The position numbers were made by a program, and so were the translations under genes. The notes beneath the pieces are model-generated. The model worked only from the letters and a program-made list of their open reading frames with translations, was not told where the DNA came from and did no database searches. This document shows, piece by piece, positions 47,887 through 57,223 of a stretch of 64,000 nucleotides of DNA. Every line of letters starts with the position of its first letter. Position 1 is the first letter of the stretch. This DNA comes from a virus, in the IMG/VR virus record IMGVR_UViG_3300037557_000128, positions 1 to 64,000 of that record; one strand, written 5' to 3'.

Positions 47887-49168
47887 TTGGGTCTCTGTTG
47901 AACTTCCATACAGTTGTTTCTTCAACTTCTTTTAGAAATTCTATTGGAATATTGTGGTCTGATATAACCGTTCCTCTATCACTGATGTTTCCTACACCAT
48001 ACTCACTAATATAATATTTGTTGTCTTTTATAGACAAATTATTAGGATAAGCAACATTATACTTATCATGCAGATATATAGGGTACTCATTTTTATCACT
48101 ATCACTTGTAATTAAATACTTTCTACAATCTTTGTTTTCCCAAGCCTTTTCAAACAGTGATACATCTTCAAACATACCTTTTAGATATTCATCACCAGTC
48201 ATAAATGTAGGTGTACTATTAAATATATCAGGTCTTACATTCAGTTCTAAGAAATACCATTCTCCTTTAGAAGTGTAGGCACCACAAAAACTTCCTTCCC
48301 AACTTCCACCCATTTTAGCGATATGTTCTAAATATTTTTCAGACTCTTTTCTGACTATCTTATCTACGGAAGGACTTAATGGTTTCACATATGTGTCGAA
48401 ATACCATACTTGTGGGATTACACCTTTATTCAACCCCTCACCTATTATCTCTTGGGTATGAGTTATAGAATATTCTCCATTTGAAACTACAAAGAATACA
48501 TTTGTTTCTATCATATCATGCAAATATTCTTCTATGAAATAATCTGCATTTATACATCTCGGCCATTCAGGGTTGGTATTCAAATCTTTAAGGGGTTTTA
48601 TGTCTTCCTCACTATTAATCACTATTGCAGGATACCAAATATGAGAGGCTTTCTCTACACATGGAAAGGAAAGTCCCTCACAATAATCTTCATCTAAATA
48701 TTTTCCGTGTTTAACAATATTAGGAACCCTTACCCCAAGTTGCTTAGCTGTATCTTTTGCAAATAACTTGTCTGTTTCTAGACGACCTGATTTTTCTGTT
48801 GGGCCTATGTACTTAACTTTATCTTTAAAATAGGTATGTAAAAAAGATATATCAGGAATACAGACTTGAAGAATATCAATGTTGTACTTATCAATAAGTC
48901 CTTCTATAAATGCACATGATTCTATCTTTCTTTTTTCACTTATTTGAATGGGTATATCTTCCACTCTTTCTGGCGAATACTTACCAAGACCAGTTACCCT
49001 ACGATTTTCTTCTTCAGTTAAAGGGGTTATACCAAGAGAAGATTCGTATTCATTTACATACGTCCAATTACTGTAAACTGTATGGCCAGAATTTACTAAT
49101 TCTATCAAAGTATGAAAATGACAACGAGGAAGATTTAAATTTAGTATATTCACTCTTGTCCGTCCCAA
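47876..49168 (-). CDS. ATP-grasp ligase, PurD-like (divergent)
   Basis: IGPT....RLE.DK.FAK, FIEEYL, FLELNVRP. Confidence 0.75.
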   Translation of the reverse strand: MGRTRVNILNLNLPRCHFHTLIELVNSGHTVYSNWTYVNEYESSLGITPLTEEENRRVTGLGKYSPERVEDIPIQISEKRKIESCAFIEGLIDKYNIDILQVCIPDISFLHTYFKDKVKYIGPTEKSGRLETDKLFAKDTAKQLGVRVPNIVKHGKYLDEDYCEGLSFPCVEKASHIWYPAIVINSEEDIKPLKDLNTNPEWPRCINADYFIEEYLHDMIETNVFFVVSNGEYSITHTQEIIGEGLNKGVIPQVWYFDTYVKPLSPSVDKIVRKESEKYLEHIAKMGGSWEGSFCGAYTSKGEWYFLELNVRPDIFNSTPTFMTGDEYLKGMFEDVSLFEKAWENKDCRKYLITSDSDKNEYPIYLHDKYNVAYPNNLSIKDNKYYISEYGVGNISDRGTVISDHNIPIEFLKEVEETTVWKFNRDPNGS

Positions 49169-50061
49169 TTTAAATCCGTTCTTTTTAGTTGTTCTTCTTT
49201 AAAGTCTTTCTTCATTTCACCAGTATTAGGGTCAAAAGGACATTCTGTTAAATCTTCTTTGAAATCCTTATGTTTTGGTTCCCAAACTTTCCCTCTTTTA
49301 TAAGGGCCTGCCATATGAGTGGATTCATCTCCAAAACCTATCCTAGATAACTCAGTCACCGTCATACGTTTATCAGGGTGTTCTGTAGTGTATTTTGATT
49401 GATTAGTTACATAAGACTCATGGTCTTTAACAGTATATGTCGCAACCCATTCTTCTCTTTTGTATGGAATGATTTGACAAATAGGTGTACCCTTTGTTAT
49501 AACAAATGAATGGTCTACTTTGGGGTATAGAATAATTTGTGAATTGTCTTTATTTGTATTAAACTTATCAGTATCAATAATACCTTGCCATGTCGCAAAG
49601 TAATCATTCTGAAATAAGAAAGGGTCTAAGTAGAAACAAGAATAGCCTGGTGGTGTAGTTATACACCATGCATTAGACATTTTGAATGCATCTTTGACTG
49701 GTGCATCCATAGTAGACATATAGTTAAATGCATCATGCATTTGTATACTAGGGTGTGTTGCAGATGAATATTTCTCCATTTCAACATGGACTGTATCTTC
49801 AGTGTGATAAGATTTAGAATCAGAATCTTCATTTGTTACACCGTTTCTTATTAATATATCTCTATTTGCAAGAATAAGATACCCTGAAGATAACCAATCT
49901 TGCATTGCAGGACAAGACCTTATAGTCTTATTAACTACACCGTTTACAACTTCTGCGACCTTTCCTTTTTTCCACCAATCAGGTGTAACAGACTTTGCAA
50001 GAACTGGTTTAAAATTCTTTAAAGTTTCTTTATCGTATGTATGAAAGTCTATCATCGGCAT
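49150..50061 (-). CDS. hypothetical beta-rich protein of the type found in phage oxygenase clusters
   Basis: TIRSCPAMQDWLSSGY, W.I.TPPGYS, GIIDTD, KGTPICQIIP..RE.W. Confidence 0.7.
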   Translation of the reverse strand: MPMIDFHTYDKETLKNFKPVLAKSVTPDWWKKGKVAEVVNGVVNKTIRSCPAMQDWLSSGYLILANRDILIRNGVTNEDSDSKSYHTEDTVHVEMEKYSSATHPSIQMHDAFNYMSTMDAPVKDAFKMSNAWCITTPPGYSCFYLDPFLFQNDYFATWQGIIDTDKFNTNKDNSQIILYPKVDHSFVITKGTPICQIIPYKREEWVATYTVKDHESYVTNQSKYTTEHPDKRMTVTELSRIGFGDESTHMAGPYKRGKVWEPKHKDFKEDLTECPFDPNTGEMKKDFKEEQLKRTDLNWDGQE

Positions 50062-50740
50062 GATAATTTTCCCCCTCTTCTTCTAATCTGACCTCGTCTC
50101 CACGAACCACTAATGAACGTCTATCCATGTACCTCGAACTTGGGTCGGGTGCATCTGCACCATGTGGTATTCTTCCGTCAAACATAATAAGTCTATTTGG
50201 TTTAAAATCAATCTCACCTATTTGGTGATTCTTAATATGTTCATCTCTACCGTCTAAACCCTGTTGAGGTTTATCATATAATCTTAATGTTCCACCCCAC
50301 GCAGGATTCCAATATCTATTTGGGTAATATAGAAATGAAAGATTCCAACTGTCTTCTTCTGCACAATCTTGATGTGTAGTTCCCTGTAATCCTTGAGTCT
50401 GACTATTTAGGCCTGCGTATTGAAACCTTACCCATTTAAAACCAAACTCAGTTTGAAGTCTTCTATCTAAGTAATTTGTAAACCAAGTGTCTTCGATTCT
50501 GACATCTTTATCGATTTTATGAAAGTTTCTAAAAAATGTTGCACCCCAAAAACTATGGTGTGGTAAACCAGTTGAAGAACCACTACTGACTTGATTTGTC
50601 TTACTCCATATGTTATCAAGAGAGATTCTTTCATCATAATGATGATGTAATGGTTGAGCCAACCAATCATCTAATACATAAACTTTTGTTAAGGGTAAAG
50701 TCTGTATTTTGAAAGGTTCATCTAAATGAACAATCTCCAT
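50030..50740 (-). CDS. 2OG-Fe(II) oxygenase
   Basis: HQD, LYYPN..W...WGG, PNRL..FDGRIPH...R. Confidence 0.88.
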   Translation of the reverse strand: MEIVHLDEPFKIQTLPLTKVYVLDDWLAQPLHHHYDERISLDNIWSKTNQVSSGSSTGLPHHSFWGATFFRNFHKIDKDVRIEDTWFTNYLDRRLQTEFGFKWVRFQYAGLNSQTQGLQGTTHQDCAEEDSWNLSFLYYPNRYWNPAWGGTLRLYDKPQQGLDGRDEHIKNHQIGEIDFKPNRLIMFDGRIPHGADAPDPSSRYMDRRSLVVRGDEVRLEEEGENYHADDRLSYIR

Positions 50741-50741
50741 A

Positions 50742-51311
50742 CTAACTCTGTTGGTGGTCTGGCAGTTTAGTTGGTGCTGGTATATGCATTGAATACTCGT
50801 CCAATTCCTTTAAAGTATCTTCACGAGTTGCTTTAATTTCTGCACATATTTGGTCTAATACACTGTATAGTGCATCACCATATTCCATAACCCTTCTTGC
50901 ATTAGACCTAAATGGGTGGTTAGAACCCTCTCTACCTGCAAAAGTAACCTCACCTAAATCACTAAAACCATGCATATCAATAGTTTCTTTTAGATAATCT
51001 CCAACCTGTTCATTTAACCTTGACATAAGTTGATTGTTTAAATTAGTTCCCAAAGGTGGTTCTGAATTTGCAATATACTGTTCAACCATTTCTTTTTCTG
51101 CATCAGATAGGTCTAGTTTTTCTTGCATATCAAAATTTTGTTCTCTGTCCCACTTCATGATTTTGATTTCTATATCATCATACACCAACATATCATATTC
51201 AAACCCTAATTCAGGTTTGTCGACATTTTGAAATTCGTATTCCAATCCGTTAGGTTTTCTGACAAAGAGGTTGCTATCTTCCGTGAATATTAAAGCGTTT
51301 TTTACATTCAT
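50742..51311 (-). CDS. hypothetical protein, possible tail-fibre-assembly-like
   Basis: Position in cluster; acidic helical C-terminus; weak. Confidence 0.5.
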   Translation of the reverse strand: MNVKNALIFTEDSNLFVRKPNGLEYEFQNVDKPELGFEYDMLVYDDIEIKIMKWDREQNFDMQEKLDLSDAEKEMVEQYIANSEPPLGTNLNNQLMSRLNEQVGDYLKETIDMHGFSDLGEVTFAGREGSNHPFRSNARRVMEYGDALYSVLDQICAEIKATREDTLKELDEYSMHIPAPTKLPDHQQS

Positions 51312-51345
51312 AATAATTTTCCTATAATCTCTCTATTATACCATA

Positions 51346-52866
51346 TTATTGCGTGGAGTCATAGAGGTTTTTGTACTTGTTGTATACTTCAAGATTATTT
51401 ATAGAGTCAAAATTCATATCATTTATCCAAGGCCCGCCCCTAGTGTAATGAATCCCAGTGTAATCCCACTTCTCTTCAGGGTTGTCATAACCTTCGACAA
51501 ATATATATTTTTGAGGTATTTCAGATATTGCATTAGTCCATTCGAACTGATGTAGTTGTTTTCCTGTCCAAGTGTTCACAACTTCAGGTGTTAACTTCTT
51601 ACAGTCCTCATGACTGTTGTTGAAAAACATCATTGAAGACCACAATTTACATGGATAATCTATGTTTACTTCTCCATTGAACTTAGACTCGTCATGTTTA
51701 TATTGTGGGTATTTGATACACGCAACTGCATCATCAGGATTTAGATAATAGAACATAGGTAGTAATGACTTCTTAAATATAAAATCGTTATCCACAAATA
51801 GACTAAACCCTTCATAGTTCTCTAAGTGTGGTATAAGAAATCTACTGTATGTAAATTCAGTACTTTGATTTGCGTACTCCCTATTATAATCGGGAAGTTT
51901 AGAAATGTCAAGCAATTTAATGGTTGGACTAAATCTAGTGTACTCTTGAAACTCACCCAGTGAATGTGCATCTGAGATTGTTTGTGTGATTGACTTTTCA
52001 CACACTTTCTCTAAATCATTCATTGTACTATCATAACCGATATAAACGGTTAGTGGTTTACCTGCAGAAAGTTTATGAACCTTTTTATTAAACTTAAAGA
52101 CATCATCTCTAAATCCAAGTTCTGCTAAATCTGTTTGCCATTCTATCACACCCCGACATAGTTGGAATGCAATATTTTTATGTCTTCCTCTTTTGTCTAG
52201 TTTATCGCCCCAATACTCTAATACTTCATCAAGTGTTGTACTTGGAAAATCTGAGAGTTGTCCAGTCTTATCCCATATCATACACTCCATATCGTCATTT
52301 TCCATTTCTTCAAATACGCAAGAACGAACAGAGCCTGGGTGGATTGTTAATTGAATTAGGTCATCAACTGGATTTGTTGTATAACCTTGAATTGGTGCCC
52401 AAAGTCCTTCTTCTTGAATACTTTGAGTTAACCAGTGTGCTTTTGCACTATGGTAATAACAAGAACCTACTACTTCTTTTACTCTTGGGTCTTCTTTATG
52501 AGACGGTCTAACATTTACAACAGTATCTAAAATGTTAACTTCTTCATCTTCTTTTTGGAATCCGAATCCTGCGTGATTTCCCACCATGTTTAAACTAGAA
52601 TAACCATGAGGAAGATACCTATGATAATAATTAGACTTATCTAATAGACCATTAAAACTCATGAATCTTTTTTCTTTTCTTAATTGAAGTGTATCACCCC
52701 ATTTAAAGATTTTAAGTGGTGGAAGAATTTCTTCAAACAACCACTGTATGATTTTATATGATTCTTTATCTGTTTCACCAATATTAAGGGAACCTAAATG
52801 TAAGGCGTCCATAGTTTCTTTGGTGATAAGAGATTGAGCTTGCTCTAGTGTAGTAATTTTTTCCAT
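51346..52866 (-). CDS. fusion: ParB/Srx-like N-terminal domain plus C-terminal GT-A glycosyltransferase
   Basis: VYIGYD, STEFTYSRFLIP, DND (DxD), WSS, IHYT.GGPW; N-terminal part SIQEEGLWAPI...HPGSVR. Confidence 0.75.
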   Translation of the reverse strand: MEKITTLEQAQSLITKETMDALHLGSLNIGETDKESYKIIQWLFEEILPPLKIFKWGDTLQLRKEKRFMSFNGLLDKSNYYHRYLPHGYSSLNMVGNHAGFGFQKEDEEVNILDTVVNVRPSHKEDPRVKEVVGSCYYHSAKAHWLTQSIQEEGLWAPIQGYTTNPVDDLIQLTIHPGSVRSCVFEEMENDDMECMIWDKTGQLSDFPSTTLDEVLEYWGDKLDKRGRHKNIAFQLCRGVIEWQTDLAELGFRDDVFKFNKKVHKLSAGKPLTVYIGYDSTMNDLEKVCEKSITQTISDAHSLGEFQEYTRFSPTIKLLDISKLPDYNREYANQSTEFTYSRFLIPHLENYEGFSLFVDNDFIFKKSLLPMFYYLNPDDAVACIKYPQYKHDESKFNGEVNIDYPCKLWSSMMFFNNSHEDCKKLTPEVVNTWTGKQLHQFEWTNAISEIPQKYIFVEGYDNPEEKWDYTGIHYTRGGPWINDMNFDSINNLEVYNKYKNLYDSTQ

Positions 52867-52899
52867 AATATAATCCTTTTCAATATTTAGTTACAAGAA

Positions 52900-53760
52900 T
52901 TAACTTGTAACTGGTGTAGCAGGCCATTGTTGAGATAGTGTACTATCCCACCTAATGACTGGTGTTCTACCTTGTCGGGCATAAGTTCCAGGCGTCCTAT
53001 GTTGATATGTGAACGGTGTCTGACCTTGTCTTGCATATGTGCCAGGCGTTCTATGTTGATAAGTCGTTGGTGTTTGACCTTGTCTAGCATATGTACTTGG
53101 TGTTCTATGTTGATAGGTAAATGGTGTTTGACCTTGTCTCGCATATGTGCCAGGCGTTCTATGTTGATATGTAGTAGGTGTTTGACCTTGTCTAGCATAT
53201 GTGCCAGGCTGTCTGTTTTGATATGTAGTAGGTGTCTGACCTTGTCTAGCATACGTTCCTGGCTGCCTATTACTATATGTAAATGGAGTCTGTCCTTGTC
53301 TCGCATATGTTGTAGGTTGACTAGCAATATATGGATATGGATTTTGTCTATTCGCAATATAAGGTTGTTGTCCAGCTACAGGATTCCTATAGGTAAATGG
53401 ACTCCTATTATTATATGTGAACGGACTCTGACTATTACTAGGTTGTCTTGCGTTCGCAGGATACCTTGCGTTATATGTGAATGGACTCTGACTATTACTA
53501 GGAGACTGTCCATTAGCAGGATACCTTGCGTTATATGTGAACGGTTGTCTCGCATTACTAGGAGACTGAGCATTCGCAGGATACCTTGCGTTATAGGTAT
53601 ACGGAGTCCTTGCGTTATAGGTAAATGGACTCTGACTATTACTAGGAGACTGTCCATTAGCAGGATACCTTGCGTTATAAGTTCCAGGCTGCCTAGCTGA
53701 AGCAATGGCAGGTTGCTGGGTATTAGCGATTACTGGTTGTTGTGCTTGTCCGATTGCCAT
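52900..53760 (-). CDS. Pro/Tyr/Gln/Arg repeat protein B
   Basis: Tandem units such as PGTYARQGQTPTTYQHRT; coupled by TAATG to the upstream gene. Confidence 0.85.
   Translation of the reverse strand: MAIGQAQQPVIANTQQPAIASARQPGTYNARYPANGQSPSNSQSPFTYNARTPYTYNARYPANAQSPSNARQPFTYNARYPANGQSPSNSQSPFTYNARYPANARQPSNSQSPFTYNNRSPFTYRNPVAGQQPYIANRQNPYPYIASQPTTYARQGQTPFTYSNRQPGTYARQGQTPTTYQNRQPGTYARQGQTPTTYQHRTPGTYARQGQTPFTYQHRTPSTYARQGQTPTTYQHRTPGTYARQGQTPFTYQHRTPGTYARQGRTPVIRWDSTLSQQWPATPVTS
52960..53720. repeat. coding tandem repeats (a 54-bp unit about 6 times, plus 18/24-bp modules)
   Basis: Recurring tgaccttgtc...gcatatgt and gcaggataccttgcgttata. Confidence 0.9.
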
Positions 53761-55211
53761 TATCTTTTATTCCCCCCGCCGTTATGAACTAACACACCTT
53801 CTGTAAAGTATGTTTTAGTGTGTTCAACGGAAGTTAAATGATAGACTGTAGCAGTTCCATTTTCTGTTATGGAGTTAACTGTTACCCCTGATTGACCAAC
53901 TGTAAAGACTTCGTCTCCTACTGCGAGTTCTCCACTTAGTTCTATTCCCCAATCAACGTCTTTTAACTCAATATCACACTCTTCCTGATTCGCATATTTC
54001 CAACCTGAATCAGTGTGTATTGGGTGTCCACCTGTTACACCTAGTGTTTTTCCATTTGATAATTCTACGTTCCAAACTTTTATGTTTTCTCTTGGAACCA
54101 TGACCTCAGTAACATTCTGAGGCATAAGTTTACCATGACTAAAGTCAAATGTCATTACTGCATCTCCAACATTAACGTTTTCTATGTTCATATGATTGTT
54201 ATCAGCCATCAAAATTTGTGTTCCAGCAATGAAACACCCACCACCACCGCCACCATACGGATAAGTGTATGGATTACGATATGCATACGAAACTGGTGTC
54301 CTCTGTTGAAAGGTAAATGGATTCTGACTGTTTGCTATATAAGGAACTCTGTATGTAAATGGGTTTCTATATGTTCCAGGCTGTCTTGCATTAGCAATGT
54401 ATGGTTGTCTTGCGTTTGCGATATAAGGAACCCTGTATGTAAATGGGTTTCTATATGTGAATGGATTTCTTGCATTAGCAATATAAGGAACCCTATATGT
54501 AAATGGGTTTCTGTATGTTCCAGGCTGTCTTGCGTTTGCGATATAAGGAACTCTGTATGTAAATGGGTGTCTGTATGTTCCAGGCTGTCTTGCGTTTGCG
54601 ATATAAGGTTGCTGTGCGCTTACAGGACTTCTATAGGTAAATGGATTCCTGTTTTGATATGTACTAGGTGTCTGACCTTGTCTTGCATATGTTGTAGGTT
54701 GACTAGCAATATACGGATAAGGTTGTTGTGCATTAGCAATATATGGTGTTTGATTGCTCGCAATATACGGATAAGGATTTTGTCTATTCGCAATATATGG
54801 AGTCTGATTACTTGCTATATACGGGTAAGGGTTTTGTCTATTCGCAATACTTGGGGTCTGATTGCTTGCTATATACGGGTAAGGTTGTTGAGCGTTCGCA
54901 ATACTTGGAGCTTGAGCATTTGCTATATAAGGGTACGGATTTTGTCTATTCGCAATACTTGGGGTCTGACTATTAGCAATGTATGGATAAGGTTGTTGTG
55001 CGTTCGCAATACTTGGAGTCTGACTATTAGCAATGTATGGATAAGGTTGTTGAACTGAAGTCTGACCCGAAGCGTTATTCCAAGTGGAAGGCCCAGTCTT
55101 TACATAAACCTGTTCTGCAGCTTTCCAAGTCGTTCCACCCGTCTTTACCCACGCACCTTGTGTGGCATTCCAACCTGTAGGTGTTTTGACGTGTTGTTTT
55201 CCTGTTGCCAT
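53760..55211 (-). CDS. repeat adhesin-like protein A with a C-terminal Hint domain
   Basis: Trp/Lys fibre-tip motif, then QPYPYIAN repeats, then G6-CFIAGT...TGGHP...LVHN-GGGNKR. Confidence 0.88.
   Translation of the reverse strand: MATGKQHVKTPTGWNATQGAWVKTGGTTWKAAEQVYVKTGPSTWNNASGQTSVQQPYPYIANSQTPSIANAQQPYPYIANSQTPSIANRQNPYPYIANAQAPSIANAQQPYPYIASNQTPSIANRQNPYPYIASNQTPYIANRQNPYPYIASNQTPYIANAQQPYPYIASQPTTYARQGQTPSTYQNRNPFTYRSPVSAQQPYIANARQPGTYRHPFTYRVPYIANARQPGTYRNPFTYRVPYIANARNPFTYRNPFTYRVPYIANARQPYIANARQPGTYRNPFTYRVPYIANSQNPFTFQQRTPVSYAYRNPYTYPYGGGGGGCFIAGTQILMADNNHMNIENVNVGDAVMTFDFSHGKLMPQNVTEVMVPRENIKVWNVELSNGKTLGVTGGHPIHTDSGWKYANQEECDIELKDVDWGIELSGELAVGDEVFTVGQSGVTVNSITENGTATVYHLTSVEHTKTYFTEGVLVHNGGGNKR
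53781..54236 (-). other. Hint (intein-like) autoprocessing domain
   Basis: Cys1 (CFIAGT), block B TxxH, terminal HN; no homing endonuclease; C+1 residue is Gly. Confidence 0.9.
54270..55055. repeat. coding tandem repeats of protein A
   Basis: Recurring gcgtttgcgatataagg and ttcgcaatacttgg. Confidence 0.9.
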
Positions 55212-55248
55212 CTATACTGCCTTATAAGTTTTTAAATTATTAATATGG

Positions 55249-55256
55249 TATTTATA
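55249..55256 (-). promoter_or_regulatory. late promoter for the repeat-protein genes
   Basis: TATAAATA. Confidence 0.75.
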
Positions 55257-55264
55257 CCCCACTA

Positions 55265-57223
55265 TTAGGAGTATAATACCCACAAATCACCAACTGCACC
55301 TGCACCACCTGTAGGAGCAGAAGTAGATTGATGAATATTTCTTGCAGTTCCACCAGCATTTGTTGCGTTAGTGATTGTAATCGCACCTGAAGCGATTGTA
55401 CCTACTGAAATATTTGGAGAACCACTTAATCCAGCAGCTGTTCCTGAAGTATTCTGAGTACCTGATGCATTAACACCTGGCAAGTTGATATTTGCACTAC
55501 CATTAAATGATACACCACCAATTGTTCTTGCACTAGCAAGAATAGTCGCTGTAGCAGCATTACCTGTTGTTGAACCTGAACTACCTGAAGTATTTCCTGT
55601 TACGTTACCAGTTACATTACCAACGAGGTTTCCTTCAAATGTTCCTGCAACTATTTTTTCTGAACCAACTGACCATTCGTCTTCTGATTCATCCCATATA
55701 AAGGATTTAGTTGCACTTCCACCTCTTAATACTGAGAAACCAGTATCTTCTGAAGGTGAACCTGAAGTGAAGTTTGAGTTAAGAACAATAATGTTATCTG
55801 CAAGGTTAATTGTTTCTGAATTAACTGTAGTTGTTGTTCCTGAAACTGTTAGCGTTCCTGCAATTGTTACATTATCGTTAAGTGCAACAACACCAGTTCC
55901 GTTTGCAGTCAAAGTTAAGTTAGTATTTGCACTTCTTGATTCGATTGCATCTACGTCAATTGAGTTTGAGAATGCAATTGCGTTTCCGTCTGAAGATGAA
56001 ATGTTAGAACCTGCAGTAACTTGTACTGGGCCTTTCAATTCAATCTGACCAGTTCCTGTTGGGTCTAATTCAACATCACCTGAACCTGAAGTTGATACTT
56101 TTACGTTTTGGTTAGAGTCTGCAGAAATTGTAATTGTTCCTGAATCGTCTTCAACCACTTTCTGACCGTTAACATATAATGAACCTGGCCCAACAAAGAC
56201 ATCTCTCCACTGTTTACTTGCAGAACCTAAATCGTAAGTATCGTCTGTGGTCGGTAGGATATGACCACCGATTGTAGAAGCCGCAGTTGTTGTAACACCT
56301 GCGAATGAGGGTTTAGCTGAAGTTGCAATGTCCTGACCAATGGATAGTGAATGTGTTGTACCTTCTCCACTTGTTGCAGCTGATGAAGTAACACCAGTTC
56401 CACCAGTTATTGTTCCTACATAATTTCCTGTTGTGTCTGTTCCTAATGCAACACTATTGGCTGCTATAGTTAATGCAGTTGATAAGTTAGCAGAACCATC
56501 AAAACTACCTGTACCTGTTACATCTCCTGTAAATGCTAAAGTTCTTGCAGTTGTTAAAGTAGCTGCAGAACCTGTAGTACTTTGGTTAAGTGTTCCGACT
56601 GTAAAATCAAGCGTTCCGTCTCCGTCCTGATATGCAACTGTAACTCCGCTCTCTGTATTTGACGATACCATTGCACCGACAATGTCTTGAACTCTCTCTG
56701 CGTTTACTGTGACATCACCACTTGAGACTGTAAAGTCTGTTCCGTCAAATGTTGCGATACCAGCATTAGTTTCTGTCGCAAGTTCTCCTGCGATTGTTAG
56801 TGTAGTTCCAGTTGCAGAAGTGTCAATACCTGCACCACCAGCAATAGTAAACGATTCAGTATCTAAATCAACATCAATACTTCCACTATCTGATGCAATA
56901 TCTAAATCTTGTGCGTTAAGTGATGTTGTAACTGCATCTACATATGCTTTAATTGATTGTTGAGAGGCGAGTGCCGTTGCACTGTTTGACGCCATATTGT
57001 CTTCATCGGTAATTGGTACATCAATAACGATTGTATCTGCACCGTCATTGTATGTTGCAGTTGCACCACCTGTTGCACTGATTATTCCACCAATCTTATC
57101 TGCGATTGCTTCGTTTACTGCAGTTCCAACTCCACCAGCGACCAAGTCACCTGATGAGTTAATTACCTCTACACCACCAACGGATAGACCGTTCTTTACG
57201 TTAAAATTCTTTTCTCCTGCCAT
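55265..57223 (-). CDS. tail fibre protein
   Basis: G/S/T-rich; ARTIGGVSFNGSANINLPGVN; LTVSGTTTTVNS; ends APTGGAGAVGDLWVLYS. Confidence 0.85.
   Translation of the reverse strand: MAGEKNFNVKNGLSVGGVEVINSSGDLVAGGVGTAVNEAIADKIGGIISATGGATATYNDGADTIVIDVPITDEDNMASNSATALASQQSIKAYVDAVTTSLNAQDLDIASDSGSIDVDLDTESFTIAGGAGIDTSATGTTLTIAGELATETNAGIATFDGTDFTVSSGDVTVNAERVQDIVGAMVSSNTESGVTVAYQDGDGTLDFTVGTLNQSTTGSAATLTTARTLAFTGDVTGTGSFDGSANLSTALTIAANSVALGTDTTGNYVGTITGGTGVTSSAATSGEGTTHSLSIGQDIATSAKPSFAGVTTTAASTIGGHILPTTDDTYDLGSASKQWRDVFVGPGSLYVNGQKVVEDDSGTITISADSNQNVKVSTSGSGDVELDPTGTGQIELKGPVQVTAGSNISSSDGNAIAFSNSIDVDAIESRSANTNLTLTANGTGVVALNDNVTIAGTLTVSGTTTTVNSETINLADNIIVLNSNFTSGSPSEDTGFSVLRGGSATKSFIWDESEDEWSVGSEKIVAGTFEGNLVGNVTGNVTGNTSGSSGSTTGNAATATILASARTIGGVSFNGSANINLPGVNASGTQNTSGTAAGLSGSPNISVGTIASGAITITNATNAGGTARNIHQSTSAPTGGAGAVGDLWVLYS

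Noticed and set aside
53781-54236. Canonical mobile intein
   Set aside because: No homing endonuclease, no C+1 Cys/Ser/Thr, and only a 6-aa C-extein.
52960-55055. Tandem DNA repeats as a CRISPR array or DGR template/variable repeat
   Set aside because: The units are in-frame codon multiples varying at synonymous sites. There are no unique spacers, and no cas or reverse transcriptase gene is in the window.
52972-55058. Long plus-strand Cys/Ile/Arg-rich ORFs (242 and 307 aa) and other alternative frames
   Set aside because: Antisense shadows of the repetitive minus-strand genes, with no start signals.
52900-55211. Graspetide-type RiPP precursor for the ATP-grasp enzyme
   Set aside because: The repeats have Thr/Ser but no Asp/Glu for omega-ester or amide rings, and the fibre-tip motif points to a structural role.
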